A stretch of 64,000 bases of DNA from Tricharina praecox (Eukaryota). The notes beneath the pieces are model-generated. The model saw only the letters and a program-made list of their open reading frames with translations. It did not search any database and had not been told where the DNA came from. Shown here piece by piece: positions 36,665-50,808 of this stretch. A program made the position numbers and the translations under genes. The stretch lies in the NCBI RefSeq assembly GCF_024521635.1, contig NW_026250403.1, forward strand, positions 1,054,001-1,118,000, in the 5' to 3' direction. The number at the start of each line of letters is the position of its first letter. Within the stretch, counting starts at the first letter, position 1.

Positions 36665-38530
36665 GGGATTCTGGGTAGGCGGCTTTACGATTGGCGGCGA
36701 TAGTCGGATTTCATCGTGTTTTGCTTTTGGGCTTCGCAGGATGGTTCCTTTGGTGCGGGGTGGAGCGGGCTTTGGAGCGGGATGATGATGCTGTTGATGT
36801 CTTGAACCCAATAAATCTTCTTTTAGCCAGAGAAATGATGGAATGTATCAAAGCAACAAATAACGATCCGCGACACTACAGAAACCGAGAGCGGGCAGCT
36901 GCTGTCCCATGAGCAGAGTGATCGTCCATGATCCATATAATCGCACGTATGCGTTTAAAGGCCTTAGGTGGGTGTGTGTGTGCGCGAAGACTTCACCCCA
37001 GTCTGTGGAGCTCCTGGCTTTCAGAGCCTCGCGTACTTTATGTCGATAAATGTTTTATTCGTGGGAAGGTGGCGAGTGTCTGACGGCTGATGTGCACAGT
37101 AATACTTGGCCTTGATGCCTCACATACGTAGGGCTGCTGCACGTGAACGGGATATCTCAAAGTATACTGTAGGTCAGACGACATAGGAAGTTCTTGATTC
37201 CGGGTGTAAAAGTGCGGACATGTAATAGCTGAAACCGTATCGGTTCCCAGGTCGGGCCGCAGCATCGATACGGTGGCGTCCTCCTAGGGTACTTTGCAGT
37301 GTTCCACACCCACACAGCGTACTAGGTAAGGAGCTATGCGTGAATACCTGAAATCTAGAAGGACATTCCGTAGCCGCTGAACATACGGCGAGTACTCAGA
37401 GCCGTTTGCTGTTCTGGTAGGGTGAGTGGCCGAGAGAAGGTGGAAAAGGGCTGGCCCAAGCTTGCTGACTGTGTACCGGTGAGTGTGTACCGGTGGGCGT
37501 GTAATAGGAACATTACAGCCTAATAGCCCTGAATGCTGTACGACGTAAAGTCAACCGGGCGAGCAAGCTGCGGTGGAGGGGATAGGTACTCACTAGTCCA
37601 ATAAAGGTAGGGACAGCAGTCAGACCTCGTGTGGCTGAACTTGGCAAAAACTAGTACAAAAGCAGCCTCACCAGCCATACGAGGTCCGACCGCTGTCCCT
37701 ACCTTTAGAGAAGCGAGTATAGAGACGCCGAGATGGAGGTGACCTCTGGTAAAGTTTCGTGGGATGGTTCCCGATTTCATGAGTAAAAGTGGGCTTGCGA
37801 AGCCTAAGGAATGGAACGAAGCGCTAGAAGGAATGCTAGTGTCACTCTGAATGCATAAAGATCTATGAGTCGTGGACCGACGAAATGCCTAGAACTTGAC
37901 GGATGACTGGCTATATACTAGAAATATGTACAGCATACAAATGGTAGATCAAAATCGGAACCATTTTGAATTTCGCTGGTTCTCACGCCTCAGCCCGGTA
38001 TTTTTGTGGAGAAAGCGGCGTGAGCCCATAAATGCTTACCTCACTTGTCTGTCAGTCACTGCGGGGAGTTCTTCACGCTTGAAACAGACGACTCTCGTTG
38101 GCTGTGGTGTTTGAACCAATCAAACGTACGTACGGAAGGTTCTCGGCCACTAAAGCACACAAGCGTCTCGAAACGAAACACTGTCGATTTCGCGCACACA
38201 GCACAGCCCTCAGTCCATGTATGTATCCTGATGATGCACCCAAGCCTGAGTGCAACGCACATAAATCGCCCGTCCGTGACGATCGCTCATAAAACTCCCT
38301 ATATAGATGTGGCGAGTGATAGACAACTCTCACGTGCGGTTTGACAGCAGAGGGAGCGACGGCCGGGTTAGTTACGCAACGTGCGCAAGCCCGTGCCCAG
38401 CCAAATTTCCCGAAGCCGTAGCCCGCCTAAACACAACACCCTGACCTCCCAACCAAAAACCCCCATCACATCAACTCCAAGAAAGCTCCATCCAACCCCC
38501 TATCTCCACCAAAACAACTTCAACCTACCG

Positions 38531-38669
38531 GTACGTTCACCACCCATTGTTTTTGGCATTGGCTCCATCGCTCCCTTCCTCCCCTCCTCCCCTCCTCGTC
38601 CCTCTCACCGATTACGCTTCATCACTACCCCGCTACCCCGCTTCCTCTGCTGACAGGTCGGCCAAATAG
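38531..38669 (+). other. Probable 5'-UTR intron of the cofilin gene
   Basis: gtacgt donor at 38531, pyrimidine-rich body, ctgac branch at ~38650 and tag acceptor at 38669, 36 nt before the ATG. Confidence 0.6.
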
Positions 38670-38704
38670 CCTCATCACCTCCTTTTGCTTCCGCCCTATT
38701 CAAG

Positions 38705-39457
38705 ATGGTAAGTTCCAATCGTGCCGAACCTACTCTTGCTCCCATTACTCCACTGAGATGAAATAATAAGCTAATAACGTTGTGCAGTCTCGTTCCGGGT
38801 AAGTAAACAACGGCTAGCAGTTCCACCGAATCCTACCTCCTACGTCGCGGTTGCTGATCCAAGGGAACTGGTTAACAGTGTCGGTCTCGCTGCTGAGTGT
38901 ATCCCTGCTTTCGAGGAGCTCAAGCTTGGCAAGAAGACCAAGTACATCATCTACAAGCTCGGAGACGGCAACAAGAGCATCAACGTCGAGAAGACCAGTG
39001 ATGACGGCGACTATGACAACTTCCTGGCCCAGTTCCCTGAGAACGACTGCCGATACGCCGTCTACGACTTTGAGTACTCGCTGGGTGGTGGTGAGGGCCA
39101 GAGGTACGATGGAGGGTCCGGGGCGAGCAGCAACAGCTCTTCCGGCATTTGACACCGGAAGCCTGTGGACGGCACGATGGGGGTACGAATGCTAATACCT
39201 TCTCCGTAGGTCGAAGATCTGCTTCTACACGTGGTCGCCCGACAATGCTCCCGTGAAGGTGAGGGCTGTTGCTCATTCCACCCTTCCGGACAACCCCTAA
39301 CGTCATGTTCTAGGCCAAGATGATCTACTCGTCCTCCAAAGATGCACTTCGCCGCGCCTTGGCCGGTATCCACGCCGAGATCCAGGGAACCGACTTTAGC
39401 GAGGTTGCTCACGAGACTGTCCTTGAGAAGGTCAGCAAGGGAGCCGGAAACCGCTAG
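38705..39457 (+). CDS. COF1: Cofilin / actin-depolymerizing factor, 143 aa
   Basis: Coding exons 38705-38707 (ATG only), 38788-38798, 38879-39103, 39210-39258 and 39314-39457. Reads [72 protein letters not shown]. Absent from the ORF track. Confidence 0.95.
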
Positions 39458-39968
39458 ATGCCACTCGAGCTTTAGCTTGATTTCCGCCGCTGAATTTATT
39501 TGTTCTTGATTCGGGATGTTAGCGATTGACTGGTTCGGTTTCGTGTTCCTCTTTGAATAAACTTAAAAGTGGGATATGATGGTAAATCAAGTTTTGTTTT
39601 CGCGGCCTTGGATTGCTGTCAAGCGTTTCTTATTTGCTGCTGTGCTCTGTGCGATGGGTGTCGGTTGGGAAGGGGGGGAATGGGACTGTATGCGATATGG
39701 TGGGGTTAATGGTGGGATAGCTGAAAGCACTCATTTTTATATGTTGACACTTCTGCTGTCACCGGTTGCACCTGAGCGATTTTTTGGTGTCGGGAATACC
39801 GTAATCTCTAACGTCCCCGCCGTCGCCCAACTAACTCAATCGGGCAAGAAGAGCCTCTTGAAAGTTACCCTCCACATTGTCAAAATATGGTCCAAATCTA
39901 CCCCACAATCGAGAAACATCCCTCCTCCAATTTGTTTCCCACTCCCAGGCAATTTCACAGCAGGCACA

Positions 39969-41199
39969 ATGACGAGCATTCGAATCCCGGCGGCCGCAGA
40001 CTTTCACGTCCACCTTCGGGATGGCACCATGATGGAGACGGTGGTCCCTACAATTCGCCAGGGCGGAGCATCTCTTGCCTATGTGATGGTGAACCCACTT
40101 TCAACGCATGGCCGACTCTTCGAATATGAATTGTGGGCACAAGCAAAATCTCTCTCTTCCCTTCAGTATAATCAATAGATGAATAGCTAGCTAATGTGGC
40201 CTTTCTACTCGACAGCCTAACCTCGTCCCACCGATCTCGAGTGTTCAGCAAGCACTCGACTACCACTCCCGGCTCCAGGCGCTCGATCCCTCGGTGACGT
40301 TTCTTATGACTTTGTATCTTTCGCCCGAGATTACTCCCGAGGTGATTGCAGAAGCTGCAGCAACCGGCAAGATTGCCGGAGTGAAATCATACCCCAAGGG
40401 TGTCACCACCAACTCCGACGCCGGAGTGGTTGACTACGCGTCCTTCTACCCCGTCTTCGCCGCCATGGAGGAACATGACCTGGTCCTCAACCTCCACGGC
40501 GAGTGCCCTTCGAACTCAACCACCTCCCTTCTCAACGATGCCGAAACCTTTCAGCCCGCCACATCCTCCACCACCACCATCCTCAATGCCGAGGAATCGT
40601 TTCTTCCTACCTTGCTAGACCTCCACAGCCGCTTCCCGAAGCTGCGGATCGTATTGGAACACTGCACTACTGCCGCCGCCATCGCCGCCGTGAAACAGTG
40701 CGGACCTACTGTCGCCGCCACAATAACCGCCCATCACTTGTACCTAACCATCGACAACGTCGCTGGCAACCCGCACTGCTTCTGCAAGCCAGTAGCAAAG
40801 CTGCCCTCGGACCGTGCCGCACTTATGGCTGCAGCCACCTCCGGCGATCCCAAGTTCTTCCTTGGAACCGATTCGGCGCCGCACCCCAAGAACAAGAAGA
40901 TCGGTACTGCCAATGCCGCCGCCGGTGTATTCACGCAGCCATACGCCGTGTCGTACATCGCCACTGCCTTCGATCGCGTCGGCAAGATGGATGCCGTGCG
41001 TGCGTTTGTAGCCGAGTTTGGAAGGGCCTTCTACAAGACTGTCGAGAAGGGATGGGAGTCGGCTGAAGATGTGACGAAGGATGCGATCGAGCTGAAGAAG
41101 GAACCAGGTGTAAAGGTGGTGGATGAATTTGGACAGGGAGAAGGCGTGGTGGTTCCGTTCATGGCGGGAGAGACCGTGTGGAGTGTCACCTGGTTGTAA
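39969..41199 (+). CDS. URA4: Dihydroorotase (homodimeric type), ~367 aa
   Basis: Exons 39969-40088 and 40216-41199. Motifs DFHVHLRDG, YVMPNLVPP, KSYPKGVTTNS, LNLHGE, LEHCTT, FCKPVAK and FFLGTDSAPH. Confidence 0.95.
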
Positions 41200-43779
41200 A
41201 AAGAGCCCGTGACCTTTGTAGATGCAAAATGTCGATAGACTGACTGTCATTGTACCATTTGCCCATATGAATATGAATGCAAATATCACCGACCAGCTAT
41301 TACTCCTGTCTCACTAGTTTCCTCAGGTTGTCATGGATGGGGCCACGAGTAACGGCATAGGGGAGTAAAGGACTATCGTAGTGGGAAAATAACTATATAA
41401 AGGAACTTTTCTCAACTTCCCTCGCACTTGATAGCAGCTCCACGGCCTCAATTGCTCCTCGTTCCACATCATCACCCAATCTCACTCCTCCCGTCTATAT
41501 TCGACAGGTCCGGTCACGACACATCCCCTCACACTCAAACGATTTCCATCCCTCAAAGAATTTGATCCACCAATAATCCCCAGAAGCCACACTATGGATC
41601 GAGACGCGGTCAACAGCAGAAATCTCAATTCGCCCAATTGGTCTAGTGGTATGATTCTCGCTTCGGGTTTATCCCGGCTGTTCAACAGCCTGCATGTGGG
41701 AGGTCCCCGGTTCAAACCCGGGATTGGGCCATTCATTTTTTCTCCTCCTGTCTCTACGAAGACGACATATTCTTTTGCTTGGGGTATTGCCACGGTGGTA
41801 TGTACCAGTATGTAGGTAACGTGTGGTTTTATCACCGACCGATCACGGATCCTCGGCGCAACCGGATATTCACCTTCGGAGACGGTGGTTTTTTCCGCTT
41901 CAGTGATGTTAAGAGGCGGAATGCGACCGCTTATAGTAGACGAGACAAGCTTGGAAAACATGATGCCACGTATTGTCCACACGGTTCACACACGCACTAT
42001 GTAGGTACCTGCCATAACCTATCAGGCACTCCTGTTCGGCTTCAGTTCTATCATAGGAACTACCTTCTCCACGTCCGCCATCCTTAAGTACTCTACTCTA
42101 CTAGTACCACGGCTTCACTGGTACGTACATATTCCCGGGTTTTCCGCGATTCCGATTCCGAATCCTCTGCGGGTGACATAGTGTGATTGTACCATGGTTC
42201 CAGCCAAGCAGGGTAGGTATGTAGGTATTCAAAAGCCATCCATACCTAGCATGGACTACATAGGACATAGTTACCGTTCTACGAGTACCAGGCTCCGGTA
42301 CCGGTACTAGCCTCCAAGCCGAAAAGAAGACAACCCCCGTTTCCTAACAAGGCTAGCATGAATCGATAACTAAGGCTGGGCCGCCGCAGTGCTGGGCGAA
42401 ATGCCGTTCATCATAAAGTGCAGCCCGCCACCGAGTATTCACCGTAAAGTGGTCGTGGTGAACTCCATTCTTGGCGAACACTGTGCACGGATCTCTTGCT
42501 ACGGTGGAGGCTTCTATCATCATATGTACTTATCCAGTGAGTTTCCAACCGTCAATATTAGCAACTGGAAACCCCAGGTGTGCGGACTGGACGGCCTCAG
42601 GGCGGAGGGCGGGGGTTACGTTGCTTTATAGACGGTGTTTTAACTTTCAAAACAAGTTTCGAAGTACCATAGAGTGTACAGGGAACCGTGATCTACGTAG
42701 CATGTAACGACGGCCCGTCCCGCGGTAGTTAGCCTCGAGCAGCAAGTTACAACCCTGTCCCGGACCAGGATCGCAGATGGAGAGCATGGAGGCCATGGAG
42801 AGCAAGCCGCGGCAGGGAGGGAGGGTGGGAGGGCTGTCGGTTGGTTGGCGCCGCACACGCGCGTATGGTCCGACCCACAGTATTCCATGTTCGTGAGTCG
42901 TTCTCACGGTGGATGGTGGCGGGCACGGGGCGTAGGAGCGCGGCACTTTCGCTGGACTGGCCCTTCCTCGGGGCGGCGGATTCCCGCCATGGTACTCGGA
43001 TAGCGATCGGTTTCGGGATGAGTTAACGACGGACTACGATAGGGATAACCCTACCGTACCGGCACTGGCACTGGCAGTGAAACACCCCTTGGTGGTTGGA
43101 GCGAGAGTGGCGGGGTATTTCGCCCTATACATATACCTACTACAGCCAAGGTGATTTAGATTTATCATTTTACTCCTGTATATTTCTGTATATGTACTTC
43201 AGGACTTGATTCATTGCACTGGGCGAGACGCCCTCGGGCTTGAATGGGGCCTCAGAGGTAGGTAGTCCACAGCAATCGAAACCAGTCTCGAGTTCACATT
43301 ATATCGCTCGCGGGTCTCCCCCATGCATGCAAATAACTGAGCGAGCATCGTCGTCGATTACTTCAAGAACTGCGATGTGACCAGTGGCGCTCAACAGACC
43401 GGGGGCCCATGTGGGCTGTGTAGGAGAACGACCAAGATACGGAAGGAATCAGTCATGTTTCTTTTTCTCTTTGACCTGATACCTCCCAGGCACTGGCGCA
43501 ACAACGAACTGCCGGCGACAGCGCTTCCTTCATCTCTGCCTCCCGCGGAGCTGGCAGGGAAGGTCGATGAGTCGCCATAGTAGTCTGGACAGTGCAAAAG
43601 CCGTATGCGATAATAAATTGATCTCTCTCATCATCGTTCATTAAGCACCTCCTAGTACCCGCCCATCGCCATCTACAGTAAGATACCTAACACCTCCCGA
43701 GTCCCCACATCCCGTATCCTCCTCGCCCTCCTCCTCATCCATCCCTTAAAACCTCAGAGAGAAATATGGTATCACAAAA

Positions 43780-44240
43780 AAATAACACTGACTACAGCTT
43801 GCCCGCAAAAATGAAAAGCCACCCCCAACAAAACAAAGAAAAAACAAACGAAACTCGAGAGAGACTTGAAGAAGAAAAAGGAAAATTTTGAATCCAAAAG
43901 CAACCGAAAAAAACAAAAGAAAAAGAAAGAAAAAAAAGGTTAAAGTTGGGCCGGAGAAGGTGAAAGAAATAGCGGAGAGCCCGGTACAAATACACAGATA
44001 GAAAAAAAATAGATACAATCCGAATGGCAAACCAGGACCAAAAGAAGTAAAGTAAAGTGAAGTGAAGTTGAAGTTGAAGAAACAAACCGAAAGAAAAAAA
44101 ACCCTAAGAGCGCGATAAACCCTCCCAGCCAAAAAGCGTTGGCAGCAGCAGTAAGAAAAGACCCGTACAAAAATACATTTCCCTTCCCAGGCCCCAAGTC
44201 AATCGATCCAACAAAAGCAAAAAACAAGGAAAAGCAGTTA
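43780..44240. repeat. A-rich low-complexity tract (U-rich 3' UTR of the kinesin transcript)
   Basis: Runs of A, AAAG and AAGTG just downstream of the minus-strand kinesin stop. Confidence 0.7.
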
Positions 44241-44337
44241 CCAGCCGAAATCAACGCCTTCACCAGCAGCGTCTATAGAAACGAATCCAGCCAAGGAAAT
44301 CCATAGGAGCACACTTCTACAATTCGCTCGCAACCCT

Positions 44338-47039
44338 CTAAAAACACTCTACCAACTCATCCGGTGCCTCCACTGGACTCACAAGCTTGTCTGCATCCAC
44401 TGCTCCGGCGCTCTCGCCGCTGAATCGCTTGCCACTGGCACACAGATCGGCAGTATCACGCTTCCGTGCCGCGCTCCTAAGTGCAGACACCATGCGTTCC
44501 TTGTCGTCGAGTCGTGCCCTCAATTCAGCAATCTCGTCGTCCTTTTCTTTGAGCAGTAGCTCAACGCGCCCTTCCGAAACCACCTCGTTCAGCCCTGGCA
44601 TCTTGGTGTTGTGCGGGCTCCCGCCGATTCCGTAACTGGCCCTATTCTGTGAACTCCGGCGAGCCTGCAATAATCTCTTCTCCAGGGTAACGATATAGCG
44701 ATTCCGATCACCAAGGTCCGCTTGTAGCGCGCGAACCTGTGAACTGAGCGAAGCGTTGCCATCGTTGTATTCGCCACCGGTTGAATCTTCGTCCTGGTCC
44801 GAGCCTGGGGTCGACGGGTTGATTGATGACGACGATGAAAGGCGCGCGTTCTGAGCCGGCTGCATGGATGTGCGTATTGAGAGTGCAGACATATGACCAC
44901 CCGCAGGACCGATCATCGACGAGCGTGCCGAGTTGACTCCCGACGACTTTGAGCACAAGATCAACCGATTTAGGTGCTCGATGCGCTCCTTCAATGCTGT
45001 ACGTGCCAATTGCATTTCCAGCAGCTGCTCTCCGTGCTACAACAAAAACAACGATCGTCAGTCATGCATGTTCCAGCCAAAGCTTGTAAAAGAAGGTAAC
45101 ATACCCTCTCGGTATCCTGTTCACGTTCTACCCTCAACTCCTGTTCTTCTCGTTCCTTAGAGTGCAATTCCTCTTTCGCCTTCTGGACCTCCAATTCGCG
45201 TCGTAGTTCTCCAATCTCAGCCCGATACCTTTCCAACAATGCCTTGCTGTGTGCATCTAGGCCCCCGGGGAAATCCTCGCCCTTCTTTGCGTGAGAGGTA
45301 ATGTTGTTCCTCGCTCTAGCCGCAAATTTCAGCGTATTCATCGTCTCGCCGATGTTGGTGACATTGCCTGCACCACTGGCATTCGCCAATGGAACAGCAA
45401 TCGTGCACAGAATAGAAATGATCGAGTTTCCGGAGAGCGCAGGCTGAAGGAGACGGGTGAGTTTCGAGTCACGGTACGGAAGATGGGAGCCATCCTTGTC
45501 TTTCTCCGCATCCTTTGACAGACGCGCGATGACGGTTCCCAGGGTCAGCAACGAACGGTTGATGTGGGCTCCCTCCGTTCGCCGTTCTTTGTCCTCCGCG
45601 GCCCTCTCCGAACCGGCAAGATCGATCAGCGATAGCGTGGACACCCTCACACCACCGTTGATGCCAGCACGGCGATTGTCCGCCATGTCCCCGTTGTTCG
45701 AACCCGCAACTCGCTCCCTACTCTCGACAACGATCTGAACCACCGCGTGCGAGCGCGAGGACCTCGCGTTGAACTGGGTACTGCCCGTTCGCCTGCAAAG
45801 ATCACCCCGAGCGATCACCCTCAGCAACTGCGTAGGACTCTGCACGATCTCCTCCTTGAGTGGCGTGGCGTAGACACCCCTCTTTGGATCCTCACGAAGC
45901 TTGATCTCCTCGCCTTTGGTCTGCTGATCCAGCGGCACGAATCCGGTGGTTCCGGGTTGCGATGCGAGCAGGTCGTGTATCCGCTCGTTGTAGATTTCCA
46001 AGTAGCTGACTCTCAGCAGGAACTCCCGGTGCGGCGTCTCCCGAATGTACGAAAAGATATCCGTGACGGCGAGCGGTATTACACCCGGCGACGATGCCGT
46101 GCCCTGCATGCTGTACGTCTTTCCGGTTCCCGTCATACCATAAGCAAACACCGTTGCGTGGAATCCTTCCATAACCCGTCGCACCAATCGTTTCGCGCAT
46201 GATTCATAAACCTGGGCATTATTGTTCTCCTGGCAAAAGACGTTGTCGTATTCGTACGTGCCGCCGTCCTTTCCCCGATATCCGACCTGCTGGCGCCGCC
46301 CATCCACAATCCAGTCTGGGCTCATCTGGTCCTCGGGTCCATCGGGACGCACTCGAACCGAGATGATAACGTTTCCCTTTGTCTCCTTCTCCGAGCCGCC
46401 GTCCCTCTCCTCCGTTCGCCCTCGTGGGAGATCATCTGCACTCGACGAAGCAGTCATCGTCGTCGGCATCGTCGAATAACTTCCGTTCGCGCTGCTACTC
46501 CTGCTGTGAGGGGGACTCGTGGTGTATTCACCGCCGCCAGAAGTATTGCTGCCACCAGACATGAATCCAACACCACTGTCCCTCGAATACCGACCGGCAA
46601 GGTTTCCCGAAGAAGGCATGTTTTTTGGTCGCATTAGTGAATCCCTGTTAGGAGTCGGTCGTGTAGGACTTGCGAGTGGTGATGAAGGCGTTGGTGGGCT
46701 CTTTCCGAATCGACTCGGACTCGGCGGTGGTAAACTTGCGATTCTATCGCCGTTACGAGGAGGCCGTGGAAATGACTCTGCTATCGACACAGCCCGTTTA
46801 GGCTGGCCTGGCCTCGAGAGTGATGAAGCCTCCAGCGAAGGTACACCTGATAATGGTCTGCCGAACGACCCGGACATCGACCGACCGGGTGACGACGGCA
46901 GCAGTGATGTACGTCGCATGGCTTGGAGGGATGGTTTCGGGTTCAGCGAGTTTGGAAGTGCTGGTAATGCTGAATTCGGTGGTTTCGAGGTGTTGTAGGC
47001 GCGCGGTGTACGCGGCATCGTCGTCGTCTGTGTGGCCAT
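44338..47039 (-). CDS. kipA: Kinesin-7 family motor (KipA/Kip2/Tea2-like), ~877 aa
   Basis: Exons 47039-45105 and 45036-44338. Ser/Pro-rich N-terminus. Motor motifs ISVRVRP, AYGMTGTGKT, YLEIYNE, NARSSRSH, LIDLAGSE and HLPYRDSKLTRLLQ. Coiled coil EMQLARTALKERIEHLNRLIL. Confidence 0.9.
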
Positions 47040-50000
47040 TTTTTGCGAATAAGGAGTGTGGTATCTGCTGGAGTTCTGGGGGAACGAAAGAAGGAGCGTC
47101 AGATGGAGGTCAGGCCACAGGGAACAAGCGATTGAAAGGGCCGCCCGTCGCACTCCAGGATAGGAAAGCTGCGGGATAAAAAGGTGCTGACACTAGGCAG
47201 ATGGGGGGAGGGTGGACACGCACCTAATCCCAGGAAATCAATAATGCAATGCACAGGAGCCGAGAATGGAGCCAGGCCCGGGCACTATGCTATCCTAGCA
47301 AGTGCTCGAAGGGTTCCTTGGAAGCACGAGCTGCTGCTCTCTCACTGCTGTTCCCGTTGCCGTGTCGCAGACAGCTAGTGGTGGTTATCTGTTCGAAGAT
47401 GCCGGTACAAAAGAGTGTCGAGAAGAGAGCGTCCGAACGATGTCTCAAAGGTGGTTGATGTGCCGATTGTGGACGGGGGTGATGCTAGAAGTGAGGCGAT
47501 GGTGACAACGACCCCACGCTTGAAGCTTTGTCGGGGAAGATCTGAAGAAGCTCGGGAACCTTGTGGGAGCGGTGAAGAAAGTATCGAAGAGAGTGAACAC
47601 GCGGCGTCAACGGTGCGTGCGGAGCGGATGAGGGGAGAGGAGTGTTGGGGTGCGCGTGCGTAGGCGGCTGGGAATCGGTATGTAGTTGTAGTAGTGGCAA
47701 CAGGTGGAGGATTCGGTCGATCCGGAGCCGAAGGAGAGGAGGAACAGGCAGGAGGGCGAGGATGGGAAGGCGAGCGAGCGAGCGGCGTTGAGGAGTGGAT
47801 ATTGTTGGTGAAACGGGGGAGGGGGCGCGGCGAATGAGATGCTGTTGTTTTTCCCTCTTTCCCTGTGGCTGCGGATTATTGTTATGATGGTGGTGGATGG
47901 GGATGCAGCAGATGGCAGTGGGTGAACGGGATGTTGGTGTGGGCGGACAGCTTGGTGAGTGGTGAGAATTTCCCAGGTGGGCAGGGGTGGGGCCAAGCAG
48001 GGTCCAATCCGGGCGAAGAACCGAATCAGCAACTGGCCACTAAACCCAACGACGCAAAGCGGCCCAGGGCCCACCAGTACCCTTCAGGACGCCCAGACGA
48101 AAAACCAATCCACGGATACGCAGGTTTCCAGCCCAACGGAGGTCGGTGCTCAGGAGGGCAGTGAACGGAAGGAGATGCGTGGCGATCTTTTCATGAGGAT
48201 ATTTATCTGAACAGGTAAATATGGAACTCGATGCAGTTCGCATCGGAATGCGAAACGGATACCGCAATTAACCGATTGACAGCATCGCGATAGATGACGT
48301 TCGTTATAGGTCGTCTGGGCTCGAGCCGTCACGACTGGGCTTCTTCTGGAACCGAGTTCAGACTTCTTGAATGATGGGCTCGCCGTTTCGATCTGTTATC
48401 ATACCTCCCTTCGTTCCCGGAGAAGTATCATCACAGAACCAATGGCACCTACGAAACGGAAACGTCCTCTCCACCAAAAAGCCTATCAAGCCCCCTTCCC
48501 CACCAAAAGCTCCGCATGACGAACCTTGAGCCGCCACGAGAGATACCATGAAATGTTCTTTTTTCCTGGGCCTCGATACGGAACAGTACCGTATCTTTGC
48601 AACTGCATACAAAAAAAAAGCACATGCAAGCACCCAGAGGCAATCATGCAAGTAGCCTGGCCACTGCTAATGGAAGCAATCGAAGGAGAGATGTCACCTC
48701 CAGTAGGACAGACGGGTTCTCCTTTTCCAACAACGTCACAAGAAGCTGATTGAGATATTTACAGGTCTGACTGAATGACTGAATGACAGTCTGACCGATC
48801 GACCGACCGACCGACCGACCGACTACTCTAGGTAGAGTACTTACTGGCTGACTGACTGAGTACCGACTGACTGGATGGCTGATACGTGAATTCACCTATG
48901 AAAATGACGCTCTACATATCATCCATGTATGTAGCATCAGCAAGAGGTATTTTGGGCCCTTGTCTCTTCACGATACGTCTTTTCAACCAATCACTCACAT
49001 TCGAAAGGGGGGGGGATGGTGGGTGAGTGAGGACATCTGCCATCAAATCAATCGAATCCGTCCCCGCTTCTCCGAAACACCACCACCACATCAAGCGGGC
49101 GAACAGGAAACTCGAGCCAGAAACAAAAAGGAAAACCCTCCACGCCCCACAAGATTAAAACATCTAAAAAAGCAAAGCGCTCTTCGGATCGAGAGCTAGC
49201 CTTGTACAGAGTTGGGAACTTTGCTCCGGCACTGAAAACGAATCTCGGGTGCGGACCGAACATCGGCCTAGCTCGGAGAGACAAAAGACAAGACCTTCCA
49301 AACAAAAAACTCGACTGGCCCTTTTGTTTCTGCTATGAGGTAGTATGTACTTCTACTAGTGTGATGTAGCTCTGTACTGTACGCCTCGGTAATTTTTTCG
49401 AGTTTCCCCCCGCCAGCGTGGAGTCTCCAAGTTTCCATCCAACTACCGGTACCTGCGTCAGTGGTCCGCAGTCAAAGGAAGTCGGGAAGGAGCTTAGTTG
49501 AAGAATTAGCTCTCGTATGTAGTCCCAAATGCATCGCCTCCCTCCCAGCTTCCCTGCTAACTAACCATAGTCACCTACGGTACATGGCCCCCCACCAGTC
49601 CAACTCGCTTCTCATCCCCTCCTGCGCCGAGAAAAAAGGGGGAGGGGAACTCAACTTAGGGCCCTAATCTTCAGGGCATTACCGATTCGGAGCTTACCAA
49701 CTTTCCCTCCCCCCAACGAACGCACTAAAAAAAGTCAAAGTCCGACCGACCTTCCCTCGCTCCCTTCACCGGGCATCCCAACCCAAGAATCCATCCATCC
49801 AAGGTCCAACTTCCCCCGCATTCCTTGAAGTTGCGGCCCTCCTCCATCCGCCGCCGTCACCCAATCATCCGCTCCAGGTGGAATTCGGAAAGTTTTTTAT
49901 TTTTTTTGCTTGCGTGCGCGCGCCTGTATCAGGTGGACTCAGATCCACTGTTCAGATCACGGCGAACACCCAGCTCCAAGCCTCCTCTACCAGTGATTAC

Positions 50001-50730
50001 TAGTACTCTATGTACTCTACTTGGGTCCAGGACTCCAGGAGAATTGTCCTGGTGGACGGTTGCGCGAAAGGAGGAGTATCAATGTCCGGATAACTAACGA
50101 TGTACTACCGCATACTCGCGAGTCGCGATAGGTGTCTTACCCCACTGCCCGATGAGCTCAGTGCACTCACCTAGTACATACCTCTTACCTACATAAACAA
50201 GTACCACCTCGGCCGAAACCCAATTGCCAGATAACCAACCAGGAGATATGTTGGTTCCGCAAATCTTGTACCTGCAGTGGTCTCCTTTCTGTGAGAGTGT
50301 ACCTTGCATGCGTGCAGCACTTTATGCATGCATAAGCAGGTAGGCAGGCCGGTGGGTGGGTGAGGAGATCGTGTAGGCCACGCCATGCCATGCCCCACCC
50401 CACTCCACCCCATGGCCGGGCTAGAGTATAGGTACATACGAGTTAGCGGAATCTTGGGGGCGAGCGAGCAAGCGCATGTAGAGTATGTAGACTCTGCTCT
50501 AGAGTACGGAAGGTAGCCACGCCCGCCCGCCGCCGAGGTGGGGAGGTGAGGAGCCTGTGAGGCGCTGGGAGGCGGTTTTTAGGGTTCTTACCGGCGTATG
50601 GACGCACTCTACATACATGCGATGCTCCTCTGACCACAAGGAATCAATGCATAGGTACCGTACATCAAGTACCTACATAAGTAGGATACGTACTTATTTA
50701 TGGCGAGATCGCCGCCATGGACACGGTGAG

Positions 50731-50808
50731 CCTGCGTATGTACCTGCGTACCTGCGTACCTGCGTATGTACCTGCGTACCTGCGTACCTGCGTACCTGCG
50801 TATGTACC
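50731..50808. repeat. Minisatellite of (TACCTGCG)n with interspersed TATG
   Basis: About eight CCTGCGTA units seen directly. Confidence 0.9.

Noticed and set aside
50731..50808. Repeat array considered as CRISPR-like
   Set aside because: It has 8-bp units with no unique spacers, so it is a simple minisatellite in a eukaryote.
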